IMG/VR virus record: IMGVR_UViG_3300037139_000049
Location: 1 to 54,241 of that record
Origin: a virus
Lineage: Duplodnaviria; Caudoviricetes
Strand: one strand, 5' to 3'
DNA length: 54,241 bases
Part shown: piece after piece, positions 53,767 to 54,241 of the stretch
Numbering within the stretch: position 1 is the first letter of the stretch
Layout: every line of letters starts with the position of its first letter
Program-made: the position numbers and the translations under genes
Notes under the pieces: model-generated
Databases searched by the model: none
Told to the model about the DNA's origin: nothing
The model's input: only the letters and a program-made list of their open reading frames with translations

Positions 53767-54241
53767 ATGAGCAAGCGAGCCTGCAGGGGAACAGCCAAGA
53801 AGACGGGCGAACCCTGCGGAGCGCCACCACTGAAGCCGGGAACGATCATTGAGGGCATCACCGTCAGCGGCGACTGGTGTCGTAAACACGATCCGCTTCT
53901 ACCCGTTTCCGCCCGTTTGGAGCGATTTCAGGTCGGGGGTGGCAGGCCACGCAACCCACGAGCAGTGGACGTGCTCAAGGAGCGCATAGAGGCCAATGTC
54001 GACGCCGTGCTCGATCCACTGTGGGATGCGTTGCAGGCGGATCGTGGATTGGCGCTCAACGTCAAGGGCGGCGGCATGGTCATCGGTTACTCACCAGACC
54101 ACCCAACGCGGATCGTTGCCGCCCGCGAGCTGCTTGACCGTGGCTACGGTAGGCCGACGCAGACGACAGAGCTTAGAATGCTGACGTTGGATCTATTCGA
54201 CCAAGCGATCCAGGACCTGGAAACGCAACTTGCCGCCAACG
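53767..54241 (+). CDS. Putative terminase small subunit, continues across the circular junction to the stop at 416
   Basis: ATG 53767 (MSKRACRGTAKKTGEPCGAP...C-R-K-H) is in frame with VAARELLDRGYGRP at 54115/222; lies immediately upstream of and overlaps TerL. Confidence 0.7.
   Translation, partial: MSKRACRGTAKKTGEPCGAPPLKPGTIIEGITVSGDWCRKHDPLLPVSARLERFQVGGGRPRNPRAVDVLKERIEANVDAVLDPLWDALQADRGLALNVKGGGMVIGYSPDHPTRIVAARELLDRGYGRPTQTTELRMLTLDLFDQAIQDLETQLAAN
54115..54241. repeat. 127-bp terminal overlap with 222-348 indicating a circular (complete) assembly
   Basis: Identical 127 bp (a typical assembler k-mer length); a reading frame continues across the junction. Confidence 0.9.

Noticed and set aside
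337-54241. Genome-wide reassignment of GAA or AAA
   Set aside because: GAA also occurs at motif Glu positions (terminase EGESG, tail FN3 GES), so a simple global code change is not supported; only the context-restricted bias is claimed
39190-54241. Integrase/repressor lysogeny module, DNA polymerase, tRNA genes
   Set aside because: No recognisable motifs found by eye; lifestyle remains undetermined

Overview
The window looks like an essentially complete, circularly assembled ~54 kb high-GC siphovirus genome of an actinobacterial host. A Thermoleophilia/Solirubrobacterales-like host is my inference only. The 127-bp end overlap (54115-54241 = 222-348) marks the circle, and bases 1-221 look like an assembly artefact. 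Gene order: terminase small subunit (across the junction), a large terminase split in two by an RHH + GIY-YIG cassette, putative decoration proteins, an intein-containing portal/MuF fusion, a maturation protease-like protein, two capsid proteins (hexamer/pentamer type), tail genes (frameshifted chaperone, tape measure with a lysozyme domain), an HNH-interrupted minor tail gene, a leftward moron operon, a lysis/cell-envelope block, then SSB, recombinase, TOPRIM protein, exonuclease, HNH, helicase-methyltransferase fusion, RusA and many small genes. I saw no integrase, DNA polymerase, tRNA, reverse transcriptase or CRISPR array. The most striking signal is a codon and composition switch confined to predicted virion-surface domains: Asp and Arg nearly vanish, and Glu/Lys are written almost only as GAA/AAA (30 GAA vs 0 GAG in the tail fibre, hand count), often where fibre motifs normally have Thr/Asp/Asn. 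Internal and non-structural proteins use GAG/AAG. Several candidate structured RNAs, leaderless promoters and apparent AUC starts are also present. All family assignments come from motif recognition by eye, not database searches.
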